DNA of 64,000 bases from Bacteroidota bacterium (lineage in GTDB: Bacteria > Bacteroidota > Bacteroidia > Chitinophagales > BACL12): positions 2,690-66,689 of the forward strand of contig WGOA01000037.1 in NCBI GenBank assembly GCA_016124275.1. Direction: 5' to 3'. The number at the start of each line of letters is the position of its first letter. The stretch's first letter is position 1. Both the position numbers and the translations under genes were made by a program. The notes below the pieces were generated by a model, which did no database searches, was not told the origin of the DNA, and saw only the letters and a program-made list of their open reading frames with translations. Shown piece by piece: positions 1 to 9,928 of the stretch.

Positions 1-1832
1 AAAAAATGGTCGTTGCTGCGTTCCAACCCGGCGTCAAACTGGTATCCGTGCTCCGACTTCAAATCAGGGTTGCCCTGTTCGTGCCGGAAGGTGCCGTGGT
101 GCACCCCATTGGAAACCATTTCTGCAGGATGCGGAAGGCGAAAGGTTTTGCCACCGTGAAGGCGCAACAACAAACCGCGCCCGGCCCATTCCTTACTGTA
201 GCCAATGCCGAGGGAATAGTTTCCGAAACTCGCCGCGAGGGCAGCGGAACCCAACGAGTCGCTGACTTCGCCAGACGAAGTATAGATGTAGCGCTGTTGC
301 GCTTTGGAGTCGTTGCTTCCGGCGTCTAAGCGCAAGCCAAACGTGAAACGCGAATCCTGAGATAAGGTGCGCACCCCAACCGCATACAGCCCCCCTCGGA
401 ACAACTGAAACGCGGGAAGCAGCGTTTCAAAACCGGCCGTCCTGTTTTCCTGCACCTGCGCATCAACGCCGTAGGTCGTGCTCAGCCTGGAGGAAAGTTG
501 GTGATCAAAATGCGCGTTCAGGGAGTAGGTCCAGAGCGACAACTCCAGGGCGGTGGTGTTGCCGGGATCCGAAACCGGCAAACTGTGGAACTCCGGAAAA
601 GAAAACTCCCGGCGCAGGTTGCGCTGAACCCCAAAATCAACGCTCAACAGATTGGCCCCGAAATTGGTCCGGTGATTGACAGCCAATTTCCAATGTTCCA
701 CTAATTGGCTGGGAAAATCCACGTCGCGGCGGTCGCCGTCCGGGTCCAGGGCATAGCTGCGCGGAATGCCGACGGCACCTGAAAACAACCCCACATCCAG
801 CTTGTATCGGCTGAGGTTAACCCGCGTCAGGCTTCGGGCGCCAACCAGCCCAGAGGTCAGGTGAAAGGCGTTTTCCCGACCGGCAGTATTCTTCAACAAA
901 CCCTCTTCAATAGGCAACTTAAAGCCCTGAAAAACAAAGGAATCAGCGGGTACAGCGTAGTCGCCAAACTGTTGAGAAGAGACCCTGCCCTGAACAAAAA
1001 AACGACGCTTGCGCCAGGCGGCATAGGCCGTTCCCCCGGCGTGCTGGTTCACTTTGCGGTACACCGTTTCTATGCCCAGCGCCAAGACTCCGTCTTCGGG
1101 CGTCGGTGCCGGCAGGATTCTGATCACGCCCCCTAACCCGTCAGAACCGTACAGCAGCGTACCCGGGCCCTTGATGACCTCGATGCGGTCCACAGCGAAA
1201 GGGTCAATTTCCAAACCGTGGTCGGCGCCCCATTGCTGGCCCTCCTGCTTGACCCCCTGATCCTGAACAATGATGCGCTGGCTGGACAAACCGCGGATGA
1301 CCGGTTTGGCAATGCCCACCCCCGTGCGGATCACCGCTATGCCCGGCTCGCGCTCCAGCGCGGCGGCAAACGAACTCCGGTCGCCCGATTCCAGCCATTC
1401 CCGGCTGCGGTGGCTGGTGGACAATTCATCTTCTAAGTGGTCGTGCTGCTCCTCAATGACCACGGATTCCAGCAATTCCGTAGCCTCCTGCAGCCGCAAG
1501 GTCAATTCCGGCGCACCGGGCCAGGCCATGGGCGCCGTCTCCAGGCTTTGATAGCCAATAAACCGCACCTGCAGCACCACGTTTCCTTCTGCTCGCGGGT
1601 TCAGCGCAAAAAATCCGTTGCCATCAGTCACGGCATAGAGCGAATCGGGCAACAACAGCACGGTAGCCCCTGGCAACGGCGCACCCTGACGGTCCGTTAC
1701 CCTGCCGCTCAAAGCAGCCTGGCCCTTCGCCAATAAAGGAAAGAGCAGCATACACGCCAAGACGGGTCCAAAAAGTACGCGTCGGCTGGCCAAAAGCCTT
1801 GCCGCCAGCTCCAAAAAACCCAAAACCTGCAT
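1..1832 (-). CDS. TonB-dependent receptor, N-terminal ~610 aa (C-terminus runs off the window start)
   Basis: Absent from the ORF track because it has no in-window stop. The reverse-strand ATG at 1832-1830 gives MQVLGFLELAARLLASRRVLFGPVLACMLLFPLLAKGQAALSGRVTDRQGA..., a signal peptide followed by a CarboxypepD_reg-like start. The reverse translation of 1141-1200 reads FAVDRIEVIKGPGTLLYGSD, the TBDR plug motif. Confidence 0.85.
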   Translation of the reverse strand, partial: MQVLGFLELAARLLASRRVLFGPVLACMLLFPLLAKGQAALSGRVTDRQGAPLPGATVLLLPDSLYAVTDGNGFFALNPRAEGNVVLQVRFIGYQSLETAPMAWPGAPELTLRLQEATELLESVVIEEQHDHLEDELSTSHRSREWLESGDRSSFAAALEREPGIAVIRTGVGIAKPVIRGLSSQRIIVQDQGVKQEGQQWGADHGLEIDPFAVDRIEVIKGPGTLLYGSDGLGGVIRILPAPTPEDGVLALGIETVYRKVNQHAGGTAYAAWRKRRFFVQGRVSSQQFGDYAVPADSFVFQGFKLPIEEGLLKNTAGRENAFHLTSGLVGARSLTRVNLSRYKLDVGLFSGAVGIPRSYALDPDGDRRDVDFPSQLVEHWKLAVNHRTNFGANLLSVDFGVQRNLRREFSFPEFHSLPVSDPGNTTALELSLWTYSLNAHFDHQLSSRLSTTYGVDAQVQENRTAGFETLLPAFQLFRGGLYAVGVRTLSQDSRFTFGLRLDAGSNDSKAQQRYIYTSSGEVSDSLGSAALAASFGNYSLGIGYSKEWAGRGLLLRLHGGKTFRLPHPAEMVSNGVHHGTFRHEQGNPDLKSEHGYQFDAGLERSNDHF

Positions 1833-1949
1833 AAAACTGAACTTAAAAAAAAAAGCGAGCACATTCTCACTTCCCGCGCCCTATTTGCAACAAAGTTGCA
1901 TTAAATTTGTTGAATAATCGGCAACGGACTTTGCGCTGCCCCTTTAACC

Positions 1950-2834
1950 ATGAATTTTCCCGCATTTTCTCTCGCTTTTTTCGGGCGAAAGGCCCCCTTT
2001 ACCGCAGCAACATTGCTGGCCACAGCCAGCCTGTTGCTCCCAGCAGGGTGCAGCACCAACGCCGATTTAGACCTGCCTGAATTGCAATTTCTGCGCGTCT
2101 CTCCCGCCCCCCGCCCGGACACCATTTGCGGCCAGGTGGAGCAAACCGTCTACCACCTGACCGGCGGCGACACCTTAGAGTTGGACCTGCTGCTTACCGA
2201 CAACGAAGCCCTGAGCCAACTTAAAGTGGACATCCACGCCAATTTTGACTGCCACGGCCATGCCCGGCTGGCGGGGTCGGCCGAAACAACCGAAAACACC
2301 CAAGACTGGTCGGTGCTGAGCCTCGAAAACCTGAGCGGCACAGCACTGGAACATTCGGTGCGGCTGGCAGCCCCGACCAACCCCACCAGCGGAACATACC
2401 ATTTCCAATTGCAAGTGGTGGACAAGGCCGGCAACAGCGATCCCACGGCTTACGTGTATTCCATTATCCTGCACCATGCTGAAGATTCCATTGCTCCGGA
2501 ATTGGAACTCAACAGCCCTTCGCCCGGAAGCAACCTGACCCTGGCCCGGGGATCACAAGTGAGCGTCAGCGGCACGGTCAGCGACAACCGCGCCTTGGGC
2601 GACGGTGGCAACGGGGCGGTTAAACTGACGTACATCCGGGAGGCTAACGGCAACCAGTACACGGCCACGGAAACCACAATTCCGGCAGCTACGGGCAGCG
2701 CGTTTGCCTACGACATGAACTACACGATTCCCACTACGCTGATTCCGGGGGTGTACCTTTTCCAGGTTCAGGCCTGGGATGGGGTCAACAATGCGTCGCA
2801 GCGGCTTGCGTTCCGTGTAGATGTAACGAACTAG
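1950..2834 (+). CDS. Lipoprotein with two DUF4625-like Ig-fold domains
   Basis: Signal peptide with lipobox (LLLPAGCSTN). LKVDIHANFDCHGHAR...GTYHFQLQVVDKAGNSD resembles the DUF4625 pattern (..IH.NFD.H.H...G.Y....V.D..GN). The second half repeats it (GVYLFQVQAWDGVNNAS). The gene lies divergent from the TBDR. Confidence 0.6.
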   Translation: MNFPAFSLAFFGRKAPFTAATLLATASLLLPAGCSTNADLDLPELQFLRVSPAPRPDTICGQVEQTVYHLTGGDTLELDLLLTDNEALSQLKVDIHANFDCHGHARLAGSAETTENTQDWSVLSLENLSGTALEHSVRLAAPTNPTSGTYHFQLQVVDKAGNSDPTAYVYSIILHHAEDSIAPELELNSPSPGSNLTLARGSQVSVSGTVSDNRALGDGGNGAVKLTYIREANGNQYTATETTIPAATGSAFAYDMNYTIPTTLIPGVYLFQVQAWDGVNNASQRLAFRVDVTN

Positions 2835-2870
2835 GCGAACTAACGGACTAGCGGCCTAACGGACTAACGG
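2828..2870. repeat. Degenerate 8-9 bp tandem repeat ((G)ACTAACGG-like, about 5 units) overlapping and following the stop codon of 1950..2834
   Basis: Read directly: gaactaggc gaactaacg gactagcgg cctaacgg actaacgg. The units carry TAG/TAA stop triplets. Confidence 0.7.
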
Positions 2871-2912
2871 CGCAGCAACACCCCTCCGCTGCCGCCATAC
2901 ACCCGCAGCTTT

Positions 2913-3872
2913 CTACCGGGCCTCTGCCGCCAACTTGCGCGATACCCCTTCCAGCATGGTGCTGACGATGGCCGGCAGGTCAAACTTCGGTTTCCAGCCC
3001 CATTCGCTGCGCGCTTCGCGGTCGTCTATGCTGGCTGGCCAGGAATCAGCTATGGCCTGGCGCTCGTCCAGGCGGTAATCCATGGCAAACCCGGGCATTT
3101 GTGCCTGAATCGCGCGGGCAAGCTCTGCGGGCGTAAACGACAACGCCGCAAAATTGTAGCCCTCCTCCGTTTTGAGCGCATCCACCGGTGCTTCCATTAA
3201 TTCCAGCGTACCGCGAATGGCATCGTCCATGTACATCATCGGCAGGGCCGTATCCGGGCCCAGGTAGCAGGTGTAGGTGCCCTGCTGAACAGCCTGGAAG
3301 AAAATATCCACCGCGTAATCGGTGGTGCCTCCGCCGGGAAAAGCCGCGTAGCTGATCAAGCCGGGGTAGCGCAGGCTGCGCACATCCAAACCGTGTTTGG
3401 CTTTGTAGTAGGCGCACCAGCGCTCGCCGGTCAATTTGCCAATGCCGTATATGGTCGAAGGGTCTATGACCGTGCGCTGCGGAGTCATAATCCGTGGCGT
3501 ATTGGGCCCAAAAACCGCAATAGACGAAGGCCAAAACAAGCGCGCACGGTGAACCTTGCAGGCCTCCAGCACCAGCAACAAACCGTTGACATTCACTTCC
3601 CAGGCCAGTTGGGGTTTGCGCTCCGAAGTAGCGGAAAGCAACGACGCCAAATGGTAAACCTGCGTGGGCTTAAAACGGGCGAACAACGCTTCCAGGGCAG
3701 CACCATCGGTCACGTTCAGCAATTCAAAAGGACCATCGGCTTCTAAAACCGGCGAAACCTGCACATCTGTGGCCAACACGGCATCGCGCCCGTACTTTTC
3801 GCGCAGGCGGGCAGTCAGCTCAATGCCAATTTGTCCGCCGGCACCGGTCAATAAAATTTTGTGGGTCTTCAT
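2913..3872 (-). CDS. NAD-dependent epimerase/dehydratase-fold protein, extended-SDR L-threonine 3-dehydrogenase-like
   Basis: MKTHKILLTGAGGQIGIEL is a Rossmann GxGxxG start. Length is ~320 aa, with YGIGK (YxxxK) and a UDP-glucose-4-epimerase-like layout. Start moved to the ATG at 3872, which gives MKTHK; the track ORF starts at 3896. Confidence 0.6.
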   Translation of the reverse strand: MKTHKILLTGAGGQIGIELTARLREKYGRDAVLATDVQVSPVLEADGPFELLNVTDGAALEALFARFKPTQVYHLASLLSATSERKPQLAWEVNVNGLLLVLEACKVHRARLFWPSSIAVFGPNTPRIMTPQRTVIDPSTIYGIGKLTGERWCAYYKAKHGLDVRSLRYPGLISYAAFPGGGTTDYAVDIFFQAVQQGTYTCYLGPDTALPMMYMDDAIRGTLELMEAPVDALKTEEGYNFAALSFTPAELARAIQAQMPGFAMDYRLDERQAIADSWPASIDDREARSEWGWKPKFDLPAIVSTMLEGVSRKLAAEAR

Positions 3873-4020
3873 GGGGAGGAGGAGGATAAGCCACAAAGCT
3901 AAGGGGCATCGCTAAAAACCCCAGCATCCCGCCCCCGTTGGGCCTTTTTGGTACCTTTGGCGCTGAATTTTCCGGTCCGGGCAAATGCCCTGGCCCGTCC
4001 AGACCAATTTGATCTGCCCT

Positions 4021-6477
4021 ATGGCCACTCCGAGCAACATAGACTTTAAACGCCTGCTGCCGCACCTGGCTGCCGTGCTTGCCTTTTTCGCCCTTTCGGC
4101 TGCTTACTTCCACCCGGCGCTCGGCGGCAAAATCCTGGTACAAGGCGACACGTTCAAATACGTGGCCATGTCCAAAGAAATCCACGACCACCGCGCCCAA
4201 TACGGCGAGGAGCCCCTTTGGACCAATTCCACGTTTGGCGGCATGCCCGCCTACCAGATCTCCATGAAAACGCCGGGCAACCTTTTCGGCTTCCTGCGCC
4301 AGATTGTGCCGCGGCCCATCAGCTTCTGTTTTGTGGCCATGCTCGGCGCGTACGTCATGCTTCTGGCCTTTGGCATGAACGGCTGGGTAGCCGTCTCCGG
4401 CGCCATCGCCTATGGGCTCAGTACCTATTTTATTTCCTTCATCGAGGCCGGGCACAACTCCAAATCCGACGCGGTGGCGTTGATGCCCTTCGTCATCGCA
4501 GGCCTGCACTACCTCTTTCGCGGACGCTTTGGGCCTGGCATCATCCTCACCGCCATTGCCATGACCCTGCAGGTCACCGTCAACCACCTGCAGATTACCT
4601 ACTACATGTTTCTGCTCATCGGCATCTGGACCATTGCAGAAGCTATTTTTGCAACGAGAGAAGGGCGGCTCGTTCCTTTTGCGAAAGCGCTGGCAATATT
4701 CGGGCTTATCAGCGGCCTGGCCATTGGCGCTAACGCTACCCGCATCCTGACCACGCTGGAATACGCCCCCTGGACCATCCGGGGCCCATCAGAATTGAGC
4801 CGACCAGCTGGTCAACCCGAAGGCACCGAAGCCAACACGGGCAACGGCCTTGACCGCGACTACACCTTTGACTGGAGCTACGGCATCGGTGAAACGCTCA
4901 CCCTGCTTTTCCCCAATTATGTAGGCGGGGCCAGCCAGCAAAACTTTGCCGCTGACGAAGAATCGGCCAGCGTGGACATGCTGCGCCGCATGATGAGTGC
5001 GGGCACCAGCGAACAGGACGTGCAGAATTACGCCCAGTTGGCCAGCAAATACTGGGGCGGTTTGTCGTTTACCGGCGGGCCCATTTACCTGGGGGCCATC
5101 GTCATCTTTCTTTTTATTGCGGGGTGCATTACTGCACCGCCGCGCTACCGAAACTGGCTCATCGCCGCTACGGTTTTCTCTGTGTTTTTAGCTTGGGGAA
5201 GAAACTTCCCAGCCTTCAACTACTTCCTGTTCGACCATTTCCCGATGTACAACAAGTTCAGAACCGTGATGATGGCTATGGTTATTGCGGATCTGACCAT
5301 TGTGCTGCTGGCGGGTTTTGCGCTGCAAAACCTGCTGTTCGGCGAGGCGGACCAAGCTGCCAAGCGCAGAGCTCTGTTGATTGCCGGTGCTGTTGTGTTG
5401 GGTCTGTCGCTCATTCCCCTGACCGCGGGCGTGTTGTACGAACCCGCTTCGTTCCGCGAAGCGGATGTGCTGGCGGCCGAACCCAATCTGGCCAGTTACA
5501 TTGACGCTATCCGCCAGGACCGCGTAGGCATGATCCGCGCCGATGCGCTGCGCAGCCTTGCCTTTGTGGGAGCGGCGTTTGGGCTATTGTGGTTTGCCAT
5601 TGGCGGTAAGGTTCCTGGCCGCTATGCCGCACTGGGCATCAGCGCGCTCATTCTCATTGACCTGCAGACCATCAACACCGAATACCTGAACAAGGACAAC
5701 TTTCAGGATAAGGGTTATTATGAAGCCAGCCTTCGGCAGGGCACACCGGTCATCAAAGATGCCGACCCGCACTTTCGCGTGTTGAACGTAAACATTCGCC
5801 TGGACCAGGACGGCATGACCCCTTACACGTACCACGCCGTGAGCGGGTACCACGGCGCAAAATCGCGGCGCTACCAGGACCTGATTAGCGAAAACCAATA
5901 CAGTTTCCCGCTGCCTATCCTGAACATGCTCAACACGCGCTACGTGGTCAACCGCAACAACCAGGTGCAGCGCAACCCCGGAGCGCTGGGCAATGCCTGG
6001 ACAGTGGACAGCATCATCTGGGCCAAAAATGCGGACGAGGAAATGGCGGCCATGCGCACGCTTAACCCGGCGAAGGCGGTGGTCATTCGCGAAAAAGATC
6101 GGGCTACGGTGGGCAATTTCACGCCCGGTGCCCCCGGTAGCATTGAACTGACCAACTACAAAGCCAACGAACTCACCTATTCGGTCAACAACCCCAATCC
6201 GGTGTTCGCGGTCTTCTCTGAAATGCATTACCGCGGCAACATCGACTGGATGGCCTACCTGGACGGCCAACCGGTGGACCATATCCGGGTCAACTACATT
6301 CTGCGCGGCATGCCGCTGCCAGCGGGCCAGCACGAATTGGTGTTCCGCTTTGCGCCCCCTTCGTTTGACAAGGGCGTCAAGCTCTCTTTTGCCTCCTCCA
6401 TCCTGCTCTGGCTGCTGGTGGCTGGCGGGGTTTTTATGTGGTGGCGCCAAAGCCGCCGCGACCCCCAAGCCTCCTAA
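4021..6477 (+). CDS. YfhO-family integral membrane protein (GT-C-like glycosyltransferase)
   Basis: ~820 aa polytopic protein. The N-terminal FHPALGGKILVQGDTFKYVAMSKEIHDHRAQYGEEPLWTNSTFGGMPAYQIS matches the conserved YfhO N-terminal pattern. An alternative upstream ATG exists at 3985. Confidence 0.7.
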   Translation: MATPSNIDFKRLLPHLAAVLAFFALSAAYFHPALGGKILVQGDTFKYVAMSKEIHDHRAQYGEEPLWTNSTFGGMPAYQISMKTPGNLFGFLRQIVPRPISFCFVAMLGAYVMLLAFGMNGWVAVSGAIAYGLSTYFISFIEAGHNSKSDAVALMPFVIAGLHYLFRGRFGPGIILTAIAMTLQVTVNHLQITYYMFLLIGIWTIAEAIFATREGRLVPFAKALAIFGLISGLAIGANATRILTTLEYAPWTIRGPSELSRPAGQPEGTEANTGNGLDRDYTFDWSYGIGETLTLLFPNYVGGASQQNFAADEESASVDMLRRMMSAGTSEQDVQNYAQLASKYWGGLSFTGGPIYLGAIVIFLFIAGCITAPPRYRNWLIAATVFSVFLAWGRNFPAFNYFLFDHFPMYNKFRTVMMAMVIADLTIVLLAGFALQNLLFGEADQAAKRRALLIAGAVVLGLSLIPLTAGVLYEPASFREADVLAAEPNLASYIDAIRQDRVGMIRADALRSLAFVGAAFGLLWFAIGGKVPGRYAALGISALILIDLQTINTEYLNKDNFQDKGYYEASLRQGTPVIKDADPHFRVLNVNIRLDQDGMTPYTYHAVSGYHGAKSRRYQDLISENQYSFPLPILNMLNTRYVVNRNNQVQRNPGALGNAWTVDSIIWAKNADEEMAAMRTLNPAKAVVIREKDRATVGNFTPGAPGSIELTNYKANELTYSVNNPNPVFAVFSEMHYRGNIDWMAYLDGQPVDHIRVNYILRGMPLPAGQHELVFRFAPPSFDKGVKLSFASSILLWLLVAGGVFMWWRQSRRDPQAS

Positions 6478-6490
6478 GCCCTAACCGCTC

Positions 6491-7303
6491 ATGGAATACG
6501 ATCCCATAAAACGCTCGCTGGGCGAGGTGTTCAACCGGCACCCGCTGTTGCGCAAGTTGTTCTACCGCTTGCTGGACCTGCTGTTGCTCCGCACCTGGCA
6601 CGTGCACAAAGCTATTCGGCAGTGGTCGGCAGCGCGGGGGAATGGGCCCGCCAACATTCTCGACGCCGGTGCGGGCTTCGGGCAGTACAGTTACTTTCTG
6701 AGCGGCATGAACCGCGCCTGGACCATCACCGCCATTGATGTTAAGGAGGAACAGGTTGCCGATTGCAACGCGTTTTTCGCCCGGATTGGACGCTCCGACC
6801 GCGTTCACTTTGAGGTGCAGGATTTGGTGGTGTACCACCGCGATGCCACCTACGATTTTGTGCTCTGCGTAGACGTGATGGAACACGTGCTCGAAGACGT
6901 GCAGGTGTTCCGCAATTACCACCGGTCGCTCAAACCGGGCGGCATGGTGCTTATCTCCACACCGTCCGATCAGGGCGGCAGTGATGTAGGCGTGGGCGAA
7001 GAAGCTTCGTTCATCGGCGAGCATGTTCGCGATGGCTACAACATTCAGGAAATTCAGGACAAACTGCGCAGTGCCGGTTTTGAGCGGGTCGAAGCGTCGT
7101 ACAATTACGGCAAACCCGGTTCGCTCTCCTGGCGTCTTTCCATGAAAAACCCTATGGTATTGTTGAATACCTCGCGCTTGTTTTTTGTGGTCCTTCCCCT
7201 GTATTATTTGGTGGTGTACCCAATTGCCTACGTGCTGAACAGCATGGATGTCCGGCAGCAACACCCCACGGGCACCGGCCTGATTGTGAAAGCCTGGCGA
7301 TGA
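6491..7303 (+). CDS. Class I SAM-dependent methyltransferase
   Basis: Motif I ILDAGAGFGQYSYFL, post-I DVxE, and LKPGGMVLISTP. Confidence 0.75.
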   Translation: MEYDPIKRSLGEVFNRHPLLRKLFYRLLDLLLLRTWHVHKAIRQWSAARGNGPANILDAGAGFGQYSYFLSGMNRAWTITAIDVKEEQVADCNAFFARIGRSDRVHFEVQDLVVYHRDATYDFVLCVDVMEHVLEDVQVFRNYHRSLKPGGMVLISTPSDQGGSDVGVGEEASFIGEHVRDGYNIQEIQDKLRSAGFERVEASYNYGKPGSLSWRLSMKNPMVLLNTSRLFFVVLPLYYLVVYPIAYVLNSMDVRQQHPTGTGLIVKAWR

Positions 7304-8640
7304 GCACCCGCCGTGTCCTGCTGCTGACCTATTATTGGCCACCGGCTGGTGGTCCGGGCGTGCAGCGCTTTTTGAAGTTTGCGCGTTACCTGCGGGAGTA
7401 CGGCTGGGAACCCATCATCATCACCCCCGCTGATGGCGCCTACCCTTACCGTGACGAGAGCTTGCTGGGCGACATTCCCGAAGGCCTGCACGTCATTCGC
7501 ACCGGGACACGAGAGCCCTTCGCCCTGTACAACCGGTTGACCGGCAAAAAGGGCAAGGAGGTTCCGGTGGCCATGGTGGGCTTTAAAGATTCGCGCAGCC
7601 CGGTGCAGCGACTGGCTAAATGGGTGCGCGCCAACTTTTTTATTCCTGATGCGCGGGTGGGTTGGAAACCGTTTGCGGTAAAAGCGGCCTTGACGGAAAT
7701 TGCCGCCGGGCGGCGTGCGGGCGCGGAGCCGGGCGAAAAGATTTGCGGTTTCATCACCACGGGACCGCCGCATTCCACCCATTTGGCCGGGCTGGAGCTG
7801 AAGCGCAAAACCGGGCTGCCCTGGATTGCCGATTTCCGGGACCCCTGGACCACGGTTTATTACAACGCTTTTTTTCCGCGCAGCGCGCGCACCAAACGGG
7901 TTGACCAGCGCATGGAAGACCAGGTGCTGGCAGCGGCCGACCACATTGCCGTGGTCAGCGAAGGCATGGCCGAAGAGTTCCGAGGGCGCAGCCGCGCCCT
8001 AAGTGTGCTCTACAACGGTTTTGACGAGCAGGATATGTACACCGGGCCGCTTGAACCGTCGGAGTTTTTTCAGCTTGTTCATGTGGGCAATATGAAGCCC
8101 AACCAGCAGGTGCCTGCGCTTTGGCAGGCCTTGGCCGAATGCGTGCGCAGCGACCCCGGTTTTGCCCGCCATTTCCGGCTGCACTTTACGGGCAGTCTGG
8201 ACCCCGGTGTGGCCCAGGCTGTGCGCGATGCAGGACTGGAACACTATCTGGAGCACGAGCCGTTCGTAGCGCACCAGGAGGCTACGCGCCGCATGGCGTT
8301 GGCGGGAATGTTGCTGTTTGTGATTCCCGATGCCACCAACAACCGGCGCATCATCACCGGAAAGATTTTTGAATACCTGGCGTGCAACACGCGCATGTTG
8401 GCCATTGGCCCGCAAGACGGCGACGCGGCCGGCATTATGCGCCAGGCGGGCCGGGGGCCCATGTTGGGGTACACAGACAAGGACGGCATGGTGCTGCAGC
8501 TTCGCCGCGCCTATGTCGAATGGTTGTCCGGCGGTCAACTGCCGCTCCGCGAACCCGGTGGAGATTACCTTCGCTTCAGCCGCCGTTCGCTCACGGGCAA
8601 TCTGGCGGCTATTTTGGATGGCTTAAATTCCCGCGCGTGA
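7300..8640 (+). CDS. Glycosyltransferase (GT-B fold, family 4/1-like)
   Basis: RVLLLTYYWPPAGGPGVQRFLKFARYLREYGWEPIIITP is a typical Bacteroidota GT N-terminus. The start overlaps the upstream stop (ATGA). Confidence 0.65.
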   Translation: MSTRRVLLLTYYWPPAGGPGVQRFLKFARYLREYGWEPIIITPADGAYPYRDESLLGDIPEGLHVIRTGTREPFALYNRLTGKKGKEVPVAMVGFKDSRSPVQRLAKWVRANFFIPDARVGWKPFAVKAALTEIAAGRRAGAEPGEKICGFITTGPPHSTHLAGLELKRKTGLPWIADFRDPWTTVYYNAFFPRSARTKRVDQRMEDQVLAAADHIAVVSEGMAEEFRGRSRALSVLYNGFDEQDMYTGPLEPSEFFQLVHVGNMKPNQQVPALWQALAECVRSDPGFARHFRLHFTGSLDPGVAQAVRDAGLEHYLEHEPFVAHQEATRRMALAGMLLFVIPDATNNRRIITGKIFEYLACNTRMLAIGPQDGDAAGIMRQAGRGPMLGYTDKDGMVLQLRRAYVEWLSGGQLPLREPGGDYLRFSRRSLTGNLAAILDGLNSRA

Positions 8641-9851
8641 ACCAAAACTCCTTTTCTACGGACCAGCCGTTGCAGCGGCGCAGCGAGGCCCTTTCGACCT
8701 ACAAACAGGATAGCCATTTCTATGGTACCCTGGATTTGCTGCTCACTGTCAAGAGTTTTGACCTGCAGGCCATCCGGCGGCGCTACCTGGCCAGCCGCGG
8801 CAAGGCTTCTGGTGTGGCCGGAAGTGTTGAGCGACGGGAACCTTCGCCGGGGGGAATTGTCCGCGTGCGGCTTCGGGCTGGTGTGCTGGAGCGGGCCGAG
8901 GTGCTGTGCCGGCTCACCGAGCCCCGGGGGATTGATGCGCGGCAGGTTGGACGGACTGGCACCGATGCTGGTTTGGCGGGTTCTGGCTTGGCGGGGTCTG
9001 GCGCTGCGCAATCCGGCCTTTCGCTGGCCATTGCCGCTGAAAATGCCGTGCACTGGCGCATCGGTCAGCAGCAAGGCACGTTGCGCCACCCCTGGTTTTC
9101 GTATTTGCACACCGTGCAGTTTCACCCGCAAAAACCCGGTGTGCTGCTGGTCTCGTCCTCGGGCTTTGATTACATTGCCGAGTTCGACGTGCTGCGCGCG
9201 GAGCAGACTGCTTCCTGGTTGGCCTGGGAGCACGGCTTTAATCAGGGGCTGGATCCGGCAACAGGCGGCCCGGTTATCCTGACCCGTCAGCCCCGGGAAG
9301 CCGAGCGGCTGCAGGCCGAAGGCCGCGCTGTCATGCTGGTACCAGACCCTCCGCTTGAGGCCATTCCCACGGCCCGACGGGCGGCGTTCATCAATAGTGT
9401 AACCTATGATGGCGAGCAAACGGGTGAATGGCTCGCCACTTTTTTTCACCAGGGAAGTGTCTTGCGCATCGCCCGCAACGGATCGGCGCAAACCCTGCTT
9501 TCCGGCCTGCGCAACCCGCACGGAGGCCGCAGTTTCGGCGATGGTTTGCTGGCCACCAGCACCGCGTCTGGCGAAGTAGTCTGGTTGCGTCCCGGCCTCG
9601 AAACCCGCTACGCGTTTCAGGATCTGCCCGGCAAAGATGAAGCGCTCGGCCAATGGGAGTGGATTCAGAACAGTTTGCACACCAGCACGGCCATTGTCTC
9701 TATTGATTCCAACCGCACTTCATTTATCCTTTTCGACCCCATAAATAAACTTATGGATAAGATAAGTTATGATATGGAATGGGCGGTACAGGACGCTGTT
9801 CTTGCGCCGGAAGATGCCACGGCGGACGCCTGGCTGCGATCGTTGGGTTAG
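8637..9851 (+). CDS. Hypothetical protein (about 405 aa), translationally coupled to the glycosyltransferase
   Basis: The reading frame is open from 8382, but the first 259 nt overlap the GT gene. An in-frame GTG at 8637-8639 overlaps the GT stop (GTGA). No family motif recognised. Contains a short AGLAGSGLAGSGAAQSGLS repeat. Confidence 0.5.
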   Translation: MNQNSFSTDQPLQRRSEALSTYKQDSHFYGTLDLLLTVKSFDLQAIRRRYLASRGKASGVAGSVERREPSPGGIVRVRLRAGVLERAEVLCRLTEPRGIDARQVGRTGTDAGLAGSGLAGSGAAQSGLSLAIAAENAVHWRIGQQQGTLRHPWFSYLHTVQFHPQKPGVLLVSSSGFDYIAEFDVLRAEQTASWLAWEHGFNQGLDPATGGPVILTRQPREAERLQAEGRAVMLVPDPPLEAIPTARRAAFINSVTYDGEQTGEWLATFFHQGSVLRIARNGSAQTLLSGLRNPHGGRSFGDGLLATSTASGEVVWLRPGLETRYAFQDLPGKDEALGQWEWIQNSLHTSTAIVSIDSNRTSFILFDPINKLMDKISYDMEWAVQDAVLAPEDATADAWLRSLG

Positions 9852-9928
9852 CGGAGGTTCCATTTGGCTACAAAGAGACTTTTAACCTGCTCATAGACTA
9901 CGCGCGACCAATCCAGCCAGTGGTTTCC

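Noticed and set aside
5584-7342. Long antisense ORFs (5584..6468 and 6434..7342). The same phenomenon occurs at 3820..4587, 7228..7944, 8565..9680, 11201..12553, 16240..17178, 17417..18235, 19436..20170, 24160..25053, 26270..27175, 27348..28475, 45660..46457, 46517..47653, 54096..55097 and 59337..60257
   Set aside because: These are typical high-GC shadow ORFs. They are rich in Arg/Gly/Ala/His/Val, have no recognisable motifs, and each lies opposite an ORF with strong family signatures.
8382-8636. ATG start at 8382 for the 489-aa track ORF
   Set aside because: It would overlap the glycosyltransferase gene by 259 nt in another frame with an Arg/Gly-rich peptide. A GTG at 8637 overlapping the upstream stop is more plausible, but the true start is unverified.
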